A DNA stretch of 35,310 nucleotides from a bacterium (GCA_044869275.1 JBIOXB010000079.1:1-35310); one strand, 5' to 3'; shown: positions 16,700 to 26,467, counted from the first letter of the stretch. A program made the numbers and translations. Notes: a model not told the origin generated them from the sequence alone.

Positions 16700-17698
16700 A
16701 TGCCCGAATTAAGAAAAGATCCGATTACCGACCGCTGGGTGATTATCTCCACCGAGCGCGGAAAACGGCCCAGCGATTGGCATACCGAATCTTCTCTGAA
16801 GAGCAGCGGCTTTTGCCCGTTTTGTCCCGGCAATGAGGACAAGACGCCACCGGAGATTACCGCGATCCGCCCGGCCGGCCTGCCCCGCGACAGCGCGGGC
16901 TGGAGCGTACGCGTGGTACCGAACAAATTTCCCGCTCTGCAAATTGAAGGGGGTTTGGAGCGCCGCGGCGAGGGCATGTATGACTTGATGAACGGCGTAG
17001 GAGCGCACGAGGTCATTATCGAGTGTCCCAATCATCTTGCCGAGCTGTCGGATTTGGAGCCGGCGCATATTCGCGAGGTGTTGTTGATGTACAGCCAGCG
17101 CATCCTGGATCTGAAGAACGATGCGCGCATGAAGTACATTCTGGTGTTCAAAAACCACGGCACCTCGGCGGGCGCCTCGCTGGAGCACGCGCACTCGCAA
17201 TTGATTGCCACACCCATCATACCCAAGCGCGTGGTCGAGGAGCTGGAGGGCGCGCGCCGGCATTATGAATTCAAGGAGCGCTGCATTTACTGCGATATCA
17301 TCCGGCAGGAGCAGCACACCGGCAAGCGCGTCATCGTGGCGCGCGACGAATTCGTGGCCTTGGAACCCTTTGCCTCGCGTTTCCCCTATGAAACCTGGCT
17401 GATCCCGGTGCGCCACTACTCGCATTTCGAAATGATGCCGGCTGCCTCCTATCACAGCTTGGCGTTGACGTTGAAGGAGACTTTGTTGCGGCTCAACCTG
17501 GCGCTGGATCATCCGCACTATAATTTTATATTGCATACCTCGCCGGTGCAGGAAGCCGCGCTCGTGGAATATCACTGGCACATTGAGATTATTCCCAAGT
17601 TGACGAAAGTCGCGGGCTTTGAGTGGGGCTCGGGATTTTATATCAATCCCACGCCGCCCGAAGTGGCGGCGCAGCATCTGCGCGAAGTGCAAATCTGA
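16700..17698 (+). CDS. galT: GalT-family nucleotidyltransferase (galactose-1-phosphate uridylyltransferase / ADP-glucose phosphorylase-like)
   Basis: MPELRKDPITDRWVIISTERGKRP, CPFCPGNE, RVVPNKFPAL, GASLEHAHSQ (HxHxQ), CIYC, YHWHIEI, AGFEWGSG. Confidence 0.92.
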   Translation: MPELRKDPITDRWVIISTERGKRPSDWHTESSLKSSGFCPFCPGNEDKTPPEITAIRPAGLPRDSAGWSVRVVPNKFPALQIEGGLERRGEGMYDLMNGVGAHEVIIECPNHLAELSDLEPAHIREVLLMYSQRILDLKNDARMKYILVFKNHGTSAGASLEHAHSQLIATPIIPKRVVEELEGARRHYEFKERCIYCDIIRQEQHTGKRVIVARDEFVALEPFASRFPYETWLIPVRHYSHFEMMPAASYHSLALTLKETLLRLNLALDHPHYNFILHTSPVQEAALVEYHWHIEIIPKLTKVAGFEWGSGFYINPTPPEVAAQHLREVQI

Positions 17699-17700
17699 TG

Positions 17701-17742
17701 CTCACGCTTTGCGCTTTGAGTTTGACGTGTAAGGCGTGAAGC
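17701..17742. repeat. Degenerate heptamer-period inverted repeat after galT
   Basis: CTCACGC TTTGCGC TTTGAGT TTGACGT GTAAGGC GTGAAGC. Confidence 0.45.
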
Positions 17743-17817
17743 ATAACCAGAGACTATTGCAGCTCAGAGATATATGCGCGCTTTGATTCTCGAAGCGCCC
17801 CTTAACCGGGGAGAGGA

Positions 17818-19308
17818 ATGAAAAACAAGTTCAAAGTCTTTTACGTGGCTTCCGAGGTGACGCCGTTCATCGGCAAGGGCCGTCTTGCCTCTGCCGCCGG
17901 CGCCTTGCCCAAATCATTGAAGGATTTGGGTCATGACATTCGCATGATGATGCCGAATTATCGCAGCGTCAACGAACGCAAGTATATATTACGCGATGTT
18001 ATCCGGCTGAAAGATATGCCGATCCAGATCGGCACGCAGGCTTACGCCGCGAGCGGCAAGTCCGCCTTTTTGCCGGATTCCAAAGTGCAAATCTATTTTC
18101 TGGACTATAAGCCGTTTTTCGACCGGCAAAGCTTATACCTCGATCCCAAAACCCGCAAGCCTTACTCGGACAACCCCGAGCGCTTTCTGTTTTTTGCCTA
18201 CGGTTGTCTGGAAACGCTCAAGCTCTTGCACTGGCAGCCGGATGTGATTCACTGCAATGACTGGCAAACTGCGTTGATTCCCTTACTGCTCAAGACGCAT
18301 TATCGCAACGATGCGTTCTTCAAGAATGTGCATGTGTTGATGACCATTCATAATTTTGCGGAACAGGGGGCTTTCCCCAGCGCGCTGATGCCGTTGCACG
18401 ATATCGCAGCCAACGGCTTGTTTACCGGCGGCCAGGTTGAAATGAACGGCAAATTTAATTTCCTGAAAGCAGGATTGTTGAATTCTGACTTGTTCAACGT
18501 CGCCGGTGAAAACTATGCCAGAACCGTACAAGAGGACAAAGCGCTGGCCAAAGAATTCAGTGAGGTGTGGCAGGCCCGCCGTAAAGGGCTCATCGGCGTG
18601 AGTGAAGGCATTGACACGGCGCGCTGGAATCCTGTGTCGGATGCGCTTCTGGAGCACCACTATTCCGCGAACAATTTCACCGGCAAATTGCAGGGCAAGC
18701 GCACGTTTGCGGCTTCCGCTGGATTGCAGGTGCCGGAAAGCGCTCCGCTATTACTCGTGCAAATGTCTCCGGCGCTCTCCGCCGCCATTCCGGAGCCGGA
18801 GAAGCTTTTCGCGCAATTGCTGGCAAAGAGAGTATACCTCATCGCCTCCGGCCCCATGGACGGCAAGTGGCAAAAAGCATTGGCGAAATTCGCCAAGCCC
18901 TATGCCAGCCAGTTGCTGCTCAAATCCGACGCGGACGAGCAGTTCATTCATCGCGCACTCGCGGCCGCGGATATGATGTTGCTGGCATATGGCGAGGACG
19001 CTGAAGCGTATAATCACCTGCACGCCATGTGCTACGGCACGCTTCCGGTGGTTCTGAGTTTGGCGGGCGAGCCGGAAGGCGTAGTCGATTATGCCAGCAA
19101 ATCGAGTGCGGCCACGGGCTTCCTGTGCTGCAAAGCGAACGTCAGCGAAATTTCGAAGACCATCAACGCCGCACTCAAAGTTTTTGAAGATTCCAAGACC
19201 TGGGTCAAACTCATGAAAAACGCCATGAAGAAAGATTATTCCTGGAAGGCAGTGGCGGAAAAATATACTGTGCTGTATTCGCAATTGGCTTTAAGCGGAA
19301 AGAAATAG
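17818..19308 (+). CDS. glgA: Glycogen synthase-like protein (GT5) with degenerate catalytic motifs
   Basis: VASEVTPF, ALPKSLKDLGHDIRMMMPNY, YSDNPERF, PDVIHCNDWQTALIP, TIHN, NFLKAGL, GIDTARWNP, NAMKKDYSW. The KxGGL and EPCGL motifs are absent. Confidence 0.8.
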   Translation: MKNKFKVFYVASEVTPFIGKGRLASAAGALPKSLKDLGHDIRMMMPNYRSVNERKYILRDVIRLKDMPIQIGTQAYAASGKSAFLPDSKVQIYFLDYKPFFDRQSLYLDPKTRKPYSDNPERFLFFAYGCLETLKLLHWQPDVIHCNDWQTALIPLLLKTHYRNDAFFKNVHVLMTIHNFAEQGAFPSALMPLHDIAANGLFTGGQVEMNGKFNFLKAGLLNSDLFNVAGENYARTVQEDKALAKEFSEVWQARRKGLIGVSEGIDTARWNPVSDALLEHHYSANNFTGKLQGKRTFAASAGLQVPESAPLLLVQMSPALSAAIPEPEKLFAQLLAKRVYLIASGPMDGKWQKALAKFAKPYASQLLLKSDADEQFIHRALAAADMMLLAYGEDAEAYNHLHAMCYGTLPVVLSLAGEPEGVVDYASKSSAATGFLCCKANVSEISKTINAALKVFEDSKTWVKLMKNAMKKDYSWKAVAEKYTVLYSQLALSGKK

Positions 19309-19452
19309 CCTTTTGCCAACTGTCTCATGCTTGTGACGACTTTATTACAATTTGTTTCACGTTGAAACGCCGGCGTTGTTCATAAATGAGCAAACGCCTC
19401 AGGCGTGATCGATAATCGGGCATCGCGGAGAGCCGAGCTAAGGAATCGCTTC

Positions 19453-20175
19453 ATGCAAGGAATTGAAATCTCAATCACCAATGTTGGCACGCGGCGCGAC
19501 ATTTCCTTGTTTCGCGTGAAAGGATACATTGACACCCAAACCTGCACCGACATGCTGGCTCAAATCACTTCTGTGCTGCAAAAGGGAACATTCCATTTGA
19601 TCATTGACATGAGCCAAGTCAATTACGTGAGTTCGGCAGGTTGGGGAGTGTTCGTGGGCGAAATCAAAGGCATTCGCGAAAATGGCGGTGATCTCAAAAT
19701 CGTTGAAATGACACCGGAAGTCTATGATGTGTTCGAAATGCTGGAATTTAACCGTATTCTCGATTATTACGACTCCTTAGAAGAGGCGATCGATGATTTT
19801 GACCTTTCCATCGGCCTCGACCTCACTAAAAGCCTGGCGCAATCGTACAGCCCGGCGGAATTGACCAGTGGTGAAGCAGCCGTGCTCGACCCGCCGAAAT
19901 CGGCAACGCGCACCCGCGACGGCGAAAGCGGCCGCGGCAAATCACGCTCTACGTTCGCCAAGCCCAAAATTGATGAACGCGTGTTGCCGGTTTCAGAAAA
20001 AATAAAGCTGATTATCATTGACAATCCCACTCTCGGTCTGTTCAAGATTCGCCAGGCGCTGAACACCGAACGGTACGGTTTCGTCAATATCCAATGGTGG
20101 AAATTGTATCAGCTCCTGCGCAAATTGAATCTCAATACAAACGAAAAACGCCTTCGTTTTTACCGTTCTCGATAA
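19453..20175 (+). CDS. STAS-domain anti-sigma-factor antagonist with C-terminal helical (HTH-like) domain
   Basis: VKGYIDTQT...IIDMSQVNYVSSAGWGVFV...GGDLKIVEMTPEVYDVFEMLEF; low-complexity linker, then an extra ~65-aa domain. Confidence 0.88.
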   Translation: MQGIEISITNVGTRRDISLFRVKGYIDTQTCTDMLAQITSVLQKGTFHLIIDMSQVNYVSSAGWGVFVGEIKGIRENGGDLKIVEMTPEVYDVFEMLEFNRILDYYDSLEEAIDDFDLSIGLDLTKSLAQSYSPAELTSGEAAVLDPPKSATRTRDGESGRGKSRSTFAKPKIDERVLPVSEKIKLIIIDNPTLGLFKIRQALNTERYGFVNIQWWKLYQLLRKLNLNTNEKRLRFYRSR

Positions 20176-20510
20176 ACTGGGAAAGCCAGCCTCAACCAAA
20201 CTCAATCCAGCTCGATTTTTTCTCAAACCTGAAACAAGTGATAAAAATCGGCCATCCCGATGGATGTTTTTCGTTCACGGGGCATGGTATGGTGTTTGCT
20301 GAACAACCGCACGGTCGCCTGGGTGCGGCCGGTTGGTGACGGCATTTTTTACACGCACAATTCTGCTCAAATCACCATGGTGTCGGGTAAACTTCATTTT
20401 GCTTTAGCAGCAAGAGTTGGGATTGGGTTTTCAGCGAAGTCTAAACGCGCGCCGCAAAAGGCGCCACTCCGCTCAAGGGAATGAACCGTTTTATCGGAAG
20501 GAGTTCGAAC

Positions 20511-21197
20511 ATGATGTTTCGTATGCTGCACACGCGTCCTTTCAAGGGAGCGGTGTTCATGCTTTGCTTTTCGCTGTTGCATCCGGCCCTTGCGCCGGTC
20601 ATCAGCCAAAGCCTGTCGCAGCCGAATCGATTGCGCGCCGGCGATGGTGTGCGCATCATGGTGTGGAAGGATTTGGACAATCAAATGCGGGTGGAGGATT
20701 TGGGCATCGCCGGAGATCAATTGATCGACGGCTCCGGCAATATCCTGGTGCCCGGTTTGGGCGAAGTCAGAGCCGCGGGCTCGACGCCGCAAGCGCTGGC
20801 AGAAGCGATACAACAGCAGCTGGAAATTAAGAAGATTCGTATCGTCTGCGCGCCGCTCATGCGCGTGACCGTGCTCGGCGCCGTGCAACGCCCCGGCTCC
20901 TATCTCGTGCAGCCCAAGGAATCATTGTGGGAATTGATCAGCAAGGCGGGTGGACCCGCGAACGAGGCCGACGTGCGCAAGATCAATGTGATTCGCAGCG
21001 GCCGCATGGTAAATGAAAACCTGTTGGAAGCCTTCGAAAAAGCCCATTCGCTCGAGCAAATGGGCGTGCAGTCCGGCGATCAAGTCGTGGTGCCGGGCCG
21101 TGGCGGTTTTAACTCGGATGACTTTTTTCGCTACGCGACCTTTGCGATGTCGGTGGGCATTTTCGTGCTGGCGCTTTCCGAGCGTAATCGTAACTGA
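20511..21197 (+). CDS. Polysaccharide export protein (Wza-like, Poly_export + SLBB)
   Basis: LRAGDGVRIMVW, IDGSGNILVPGLGEVRAAG, VTVLGAVQRPGSY, ISKAGG, VQSGDQVVVP; AAGGAG RBS 7 nt before ATG 20511. Confidence 0.85.
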   Translation: MMFRMLHTRPFKGAVFMLCFSLLHPALAPVISQSLSQPNRLRAGDGVRIMVWKDLDNQMRVEDLGIAGDQLIDGSGNILVPGLGEVRAAGSTPQALAEAIQQQLEIKKIRIVCAPLMRVTVLGAVQRPGSYLVQPKESLWELISKAGGPANEADVRKINVIRSGRMVNENLLEAFEKAHSLEQMGVQSGDQVVVPGRGGFNSDDFFRYATFAMSVGIFVLALSERNRN

Positions 21198-21250
21198 AAT
21201 GATTGCCAAGGATCGAGAGTAGGGCGTACAAGCAGCAGGGTTGAGGCATA

Positions 21251-23572
21251 ATGAACATGGAACTCTACGAGCTAGAAGACAATGGCGCAGCGGATGGCCA
21301 AAAGCTGGATCTGAGCCGTTATATCTCTGCTTTGAAACGCCGTTGGTGGCTGGCAGCTTTGATCGCCGTCGCGGTGACGGTACCCTGGGTGTGGTATGTC
21401 AAAATGGAATTGCCCATCTACGAAGCCACGGCTTCGATTCGGTTTCGCAACTTCGCCAGCAATTCCGAAAATTTGATGGAGGACATCTACGAGCAGATCA
21501 CCAGCCGGAGCTTTATCGAGCAGGTGGTTTCAGACTTGGGCTTGGTCGTCAGTCTTGAACAATACGGCGAACAGGAAAGATTCCTCACCCGGCGGCAAGT
21601 CTTTGCGAAATTCACCAGCACGCATTTTCCCGAAGCCGGCCGGTACGTTGTGCGCTTTCCGGGCGGCGGCAAGGTGGGGATTTTTGCGCTGGACGAAGAC
21701 GACAATGAAGTCAAGTTGCGCACCGTGGACCTCGCGCGCGCCACGACGGATACGATATCGATTCACGGCTTTTCTTTTCAACTGGCCGATCAAAAAAACC
21801 TGCCGGCGCAAGTGACTTTCAATATCGACCCGTTCCGTGTGGCGGTCAAGTCGCTGCAGGATCGCATCGGCGTGGATTTGAATCGTTCTTGGACGCTGAT
21901 GTTCGTCACCTTGCGCGACAACGATCCCTATCTCGTCACGCAATCGGTCAACAGCCTGGCGAATATTTTCATCCGCAAAAGCGAGAAAATCGGCAGTGAC
22001 AATCAGAGCAATCAGCTCGAGATGCTGCGCACGCAGATGGAACGCGCCAAGCGCGATTATGATGAAGTGGATGCGCGCTACACCGAGGCCTTCAAGCGCG
22101 TGGGCCTGGGCAGCCAAAGCGGGTTTCAAATGACATTCGAGCAGCGCCGCCTGGCCTCCGGGGAATTGCAATCACTGACGGAGCAGCAGGAAAACCTGGA
22201 AACCCTGCTCAACAAGATCGCCAGCGGCAGCGCTCAGACCCTCGAAGAAAAACGCCTGATCTATGGCGCCATCGCCTCCAGCAAGATTTTCGACAACAAT
22301 CCGACCATGGCAATTACCCGCCAGCGTTTCGAAAATATGGGAGCGGATTATGCCAAGCAAATCGAATTGAAGAACGAAACGCATCCCGATGTCGTGAAGC
22401 TGCAGGGACAAATCGATCAAGTCTGTGATCAGATTCAAGAAACCGCGCGCGCCAAGCTCACCACTCTGCAGCGCGACGTGCAGCGCAAGCAGAGCGAAGT
22501 CAGCCAGCTTGCCGCCAAAATAAGCGATTTGCCCGCGCAGGCGGGAACATTGGAGGAATTGGGCAAGGAACGCGACCGCACTTTTCAATACTACCAGCAG
22601 CTCCAAGCGCAAGTGCAGCAGTTGGAGGTAACCAGCGCCGCGGTGCAGGGCTCCATCGAGATTTTGGATCCGGCGATTGAGCCGCAATTCCCCATCAATC
22701 GCAACAAGGCCGCTAGGGCCGCCGTCGGCGCTGCCGTCGGGTTTCTGCTGGGCCTGGGCGTGGTGCTGGGGATCGAAGCCTTGGATCGCACCATCAAGAC
22801 GGTGGATGACGCCAAGAGCAGCATGAAGCTCAATGTGCTCGGCGCGATACCGCAAATCAGTTTTGGCGATTATTATGATTTGCAAGATTTGGAAAAGGCC
22901 AAAATGGTTGACCAGCAATTGGTCACGCACGATTTCGCGCCCACACCGATCGGAGAAGCCTATCGCTCGCTGCGCACGAATATCTTGTTTTCGAAATCCG
23001 CCGGCCGCGTTCAAACTTTCGTGATCACTTCCACCGCGCCCGGCGACGGCAAATCTTTCACCGCCGCGAATCTCAGCATTTGCATGGGGCAGCAAAAGAG
23101 CAATACCCTGCTGGTGGACACCGACATGCGGCGCGGCGTTTTGCATAACACCTTCGGCGTGGCGAAAGAACCGGGATTCAGCAACTATTTGATGGGCTCG
23201 ATTCTGTCGTCGGAAATCATTCACGAAACGCACATTCCCAATCTCTCCGTGATCAGCTGCGGCTCGCTGATCCCGAACCCCTCGGAAATGCTGGGTTCGG
23301 TGCAATTGCGCCGTTTTCTCGATGAAATGCGGCGCCGCTTCGATTTGATTATTTTCGACACCCCACCGCTCAACGCCGCCACCGATGCCGTGGTGCTGGG
23401 CACGCAAGTGGACGGCGTCGTGATCGTGCTGCGTGCCGGCAAAACACGCAAGGAAGTCGCACAACAGAAAATGGAATTGTTCAAGAACGTGCATGCGAAG
23501 ATCATCGGCGTGATCCTGAACGGCACGGCCGTCGATCTCGCACACGAAGGCTACAGCTATTATCATTATTGA
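21251..23572 (+). CDS. wzc: Polysaccharide co-polymerase / BY tyrosine kinase (Wzc)
   Basis: Two TM segments around a coiled-coil periplasmic region; EAYRSLRTNI, Walker A STAPGDGKS, LLVDTDMRR, IIFDTPP, C-terminal Tyr cluster GYSYYHY. Confidence 0.93.
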   Translation: MNMELYELEDNGAADGQKLDLSRYISALKRRWWLAALIAVAVTVPWVWYVKMELPIYEATASIRFRNFASNSENLMEDIYEQITSRSFIEQVVSDLGLVVSLEQYGEQERFLTRRQVFAKFTSTHFPEAGRYVVRFPGGGKVGIFALDEDDNEVKLRTVDLARATTDTISIHGFSFQLADQKNLPAQVTFNIDPFRVAVKSLQDRIGVDLNRSWTLMFVTLRDNDPYLVTQSVNSLANIFIRKSEKIGSDNQSNQLEMLRTQMERAKRDYDEVDARYTEAFKRVGLGSQSGFQMTFEQRRLASGELQSLTEQQENLETLLNKIASGSAQTLEEKRLIYGAIASSKIFDNNPTMAITRQRFENMGADYAKQIELKNETHPDVVKLQGQIDQVCDQIQETARAKLTTLQRDVQRKQSEVSQLAAKISDLPAQAGTLEELGKERDRTFQYYQQLQAQVQQLEVTSAAVQGSIEILDPAIEPQFPINRNKAARAAVGAAVGFLLGLGVVLGIEALDRTIKTVDDAKSSMKLNVLGAIPQISFGDYYDLQDLEKAKMVDQQLVTHDFAPTPIGEAYRSLRTNILFSKSAGRVQTFVITSTAPGDGKSFTAANLSICMGQQKSNTLLVDTDMRRGVLHNTFGVAKEPGFSNYLMGSILSSEIIHETHIPNLSVISCGSLIPNPSEMLGSVQLRRFLDEMRRRFDLIIFDTPPLNAATDAVVLGTQVDGVVIVLRAGKTRKEVAQQKMELFKNVHAKIIGVILNGTAVDLAHEGYSYYHY

Positions 23573-23606
23573 GACCACAGTCAAGGCAAGGCAGTGGACT
23601 ATTGAT

Positions 23607-23649
23607 ACTTTACACGTTACACGTGTAAAGTGTAACGTGCAACGTGTAA
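23607..23649. repeat. Heptamer-period palindrome (TTACACG units)
   Basis: ACTTTACACG (23607-23616)/CGTGTAAAGT (23622-23631) perfect stem; also TTACACGTTACACG vs CGTGCAACGTGTAA (23636-23649). Confidence 0.75.
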
Positions 23650-23724
23650 TGCGCGAAGTTTTTTTCCGAAGTCTAAACTTTTGTCATTTATTGAATGATG
23701 GGCGAACAAGGGTAGGAGCGACGC

Positions 23725-24684
23725 ATGAAAACTCTGATTACGGGCGGTGCGGGCTTTATCGGCTCGCATCTCAGCGAGCGTCTGTTGGCGCAAGGGCATG
23801 AAGTTGTGAGTTTGGACAGCTTCAACGACTATTACGACCCGCGCCACAAGCGCCTGAACGTGGTGCCCGTGCTTGGAAAGCCGGGCTACACGCTCGTGGA
23901 AATGGATATTCTAGATTGCGACGGTTTACAGAAGCTATTTCGCGAGCAGCGGTTCGATGTGATCGTGCATTTGGCCGCGCGCGCCGGCGTCCGGCCTTCC
24001 ATCGCCCAGCCTTTGCTTTACGAAAAAGTGAACATGGAAGGCACGCTGAATCTGCTGGAATTGTCGCGCCACGCGGGCATTAAGAAATTCATTTTCGCCT
24101 CTTCTTCTTCGGTTTACGGCGAAAACCCCAAAGTGCCTTTTTCCGAAGACGATCGCGTCGATTTTCCCATCAGCCCATACGCCGCCACCAAGAAAGCGGG
24201 CGAGGAGATGTGCTACACCTATCATCATTTGTATGGCCTGAAAATAACCTGCTTGCGTTTCTTCACCGTGTATGGTCCGCGGCAGCGGCCCGACATGGCG
24301 ATCAACAAATTCACCAAACTCATCGCGGCCGGTGAAAAAGTGCCGATGTATGGCGAAGGCACCAGCCGGCGCGATTACACCTATGTCTCGGACATCATTG
24401 ACGGCATTGAAAAATCAATCGACGCCTGCTCCGCTTATCACGTCTACAATTTGGGCGAGTCACGGACGATTGAATTGCGCGCGCTCATTCAACTCATACA
24501 AGAGAGCTTGGGCAAGAAAGCGCTCGTCGAGCAGTTGCCCGCGCAGCCCGGGGACGTTCCCATCACTTACGCCGACATTTCCAAAGCACGCCGGGAAATC
24601 GGCTACCATCCGCAAGTTGACCTCACCGAAGGTGTTCGGCGCTTTGTGGAATGGTTCCAAGAGCATCGTGCCGAAAGATCTTGA
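23725..24684 (+). CDS. NDP-sugar epimerase, UDP-glucuronate 4-epimerase-like
   Basis: ITGGAGFIG, HLAARAGVRPS, ASSSSVYG, PISPYAATKK, LRFFTVYGPRQRPDMA, QPGDV. Confidence 0.9.
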   Translation: MKTLITGGAGFIGSHLSERLLAQGHEVVSLDSFNDYYDPRHKRLNVVPVLGKPGYTLVEMDILDCDGLQKLFREQRFDVIVHLAARAGVRPSIAQPLLYEKVNMEGTLNLLELSRHAGIKKFIFASSSSVYGENPKVPFSEDDRVDFPISPYAATKKAGEEMCYTYHHLYGLKITCLRFFTVYGPRQRPDMAINKFTKLIAAGEKVPMYGEGTSRRDYTYVSDIIDGIEKSIDACSAYHVYNLGESRTIELRALIQLIQESLGKKALVEQLPAQPGDVPITYADISKARREIGYHPQVDLTEGVRRFVEWFQEHRAERS

Positions 24685-24784
24685 CTCTCGCTCTCTCACA
24701 TCCGCTGCTGCGCGCGCGGCGGGCGCCTCCACGACGGAGCGCGCTGGCGTGGCTTCCGTGGAGATCGGGAAGGTGAGGTAAGAC

Positions 24785-26242
24785 ATGGTTCGCGAGAAGC
24801 AAGCATTTTTGCGCAATCTGGTCATTCTCTCGGATGCCCTGCTGATCGGGCTCGGTTTTGCCGCCTCCTACTTCATCAGCTTTTACTTGCGTGAGGCCTA
24901 CGGCCTCGGGGAGATGGCGTACGCCGTGTCGCCGGATTGGGAGGGCTTGTCGTATTTCACGCAGAAGAACATTGCGCTCGTCGCCTTTTACTTGATCGGT
25001 TGGCTTTCGACGCTGGTGTTCGTCGGCGCCTACAAGGACCTGCGCACGCACACATTTTTTAAGAGCGTTTTGCAGATCTTTGGCGCCGGCGTGGTGGCCT
25101 TGTTAATGGTCAGCACGCCGATTTTTTTGTTTAAAATGGTGCTCACCAGCCGCCTTTTTATTGCGACGTTGTGGCTGGCGACGGTCGCCCTGCTGCTGGT
25201 GGCGCGCCTCGGCATGAATCATTTGCTTGATTCTATTCATGCCCGTGGTTATAATCATGTCAACTTGCTCATCGTGGGCACGGGCAAGCGCGCGCGGGAT
25301 TTCATTCGCACGGTCAAATCACACGCGAATTGGGGACTGACCATTTCCGGGTTGATCGACGACGATCACGGCATGTTCGGCAAGGAAATAGAAGGCTATC
25401 GCGTGCTCGGCCGCATTCAAGATATTCCGTTCATCATTCATCGCAAGATCATCGACCGTGTCATCTTCGTGGTGCCGCGGCTTTGGCTCAATCGCATCGA
25501 TGAAGCCATTCTCGCGTGTGAGCGTGAAGGAATTCCCACCAGCATTTCTATGGACTTGTATAATCTCCGCATCGCACGCGTGCGGCAGACGGATTTCAGC
25601 GGCTTTCCGTTGCTGGAATTCGAGACCTTCAATGCGCGCACGTGGCAATTGTTTGCCAAACGCGTGATCGACGTCGTGCTGGCGCTGGGACTGCTGCTGG
25701 CGTTGTCGCCGGTGTTTTTTTTCATTTTCCTGGCCATCAAGCTTTCCTCCGGCGCGTCGGTGTTCTTCAAACAGAGGCGCTGCGGCTTGAACGGCAGAAC
25801 TTTCACGCTCTATAAATTCCGCTCCATGGTCGAGAACGCGGAAATGCGGCGGCGCGAGCTGGAAAAAATGAACGAGATGGACGGCCCGGTATTCAAAATT
25901 AGGCGCGATCCGCGCATCACCACTATTGGCCGCGTGCTGCGCAAAACCTCCCTCGACGAATTGCCGCAATTGTTCAACGTGCTCATGGGCGACATGAGCT
26001 TGGTCGGCCCGCGCCCGCCGCTCGCGGTCGAAGTCGAATTGTACAAGCATTGGCAGCGGCGCCGGCTTTCGCTCAAACCGGGTTTGACCTGTATCTGGCA
26101 AGTGAGCGGCCGCAACAAAATCGGCTTCGAGAAATGGATGGAAATGGATATGGAATACATCGACAACTGGTCGCTCTGGCTGGATTTCAAAATCATGGTG
26201 AAGACGGTTTTCGTGGTATTGTTCGGCTACGGAGCGAGTTGA
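24785..26242 (+). CDS. Priming undecaprenyl-phosphate glycosyl-1-phosphate transferase (WcaJ/CpsE-like)
   Basis: N-terminal TMs; KRVIDV, FTLYKFRSM, DPRITTIGRVLRKTSLDELPQLFNVLMGDMSLVGPRP, KPGLTCIWQVSGR, YIDNWSLWLD. Confidence 0.93.
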   Translation: MVREKQAFLRNLVILSDALLIGLGFAASYFISFYLREAYGLGEMAYAVSPDWEGLSYFTQKNIALVAFYLIGWLSTLVFVGAYKDLRTHTFFKSVLQIFGAGVVALLMVSTPIFLFKMVLTSRLFIATLWLATVALLLVARLGMNHLLDSIHARGYNHVNLLIVGTGKRARDFIRTVKSHANWGLTISGLIDDDHGMFGKEIEGYRVLGRIQDIPFIIHRKIIDRVIFVVPRLWLNRIDEAILACEREGIPTSISMDLYNLRIARVRQTDFSGFPLLEFETFNARTWQLFAKRVIDVVLALGLLLALSPVFFFIFLAIKLSSGASVFFKQRRCGLNGRTFTLYKFRSMVENAEMRRRELEKMNEMDGPVFKIRRDPRITTIGRVLRKTSLDELPQLFNVLMGDMSLVGPRPPLAVEVELYKHWQRRRLSLKPGLTCIWQVSGRNKIGFEKWMEMDMEYIDNWSLWLDFKIMVKTVFVVLFGYGAS

Positions 26243-26244
26243 TT

Positions 26245-26329
26245 GTAGAGAGTAGATTGTGGCTGGTGGATGGTGGTCGCGCATGCGAGTAGCGATTTAC
26301 GATCCACGATCTACTATCCGCGATCCACG
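26245..26329. repeat. Heptamer-period inverted repeat (5+5 units)
   Basis: GTAGAGA GTAGATT GTGGCTG GTGGATG GTGGTCG (26245-26279) facing ATTTACG ATCCACG ATCTACT ATCCGCG ATCCACG (26295-26329). Confidence 0.7.
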
Positions 26330-26467
26330 TTGCTTCACCTTGAACACTGAGTATCAAAACAAACCAACGGCTTTGGGGCTAGCATCCCAGCGCGAATAAA
26401 ACGGGCGTGACGGGCGAAAAGCAGGCGCTCCAACACGGCTTTACGAAATTTCTCTGGAGGAATATCT

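Noticed and set aside
20176..20510. Possible ops/JUMPstart element or structured leader before wza
   Set aside because: No GGCGGTAG seen, and only a weak imperfect inverted repeat (~20199-20213 vs ~20414-20429). Insufficient support.
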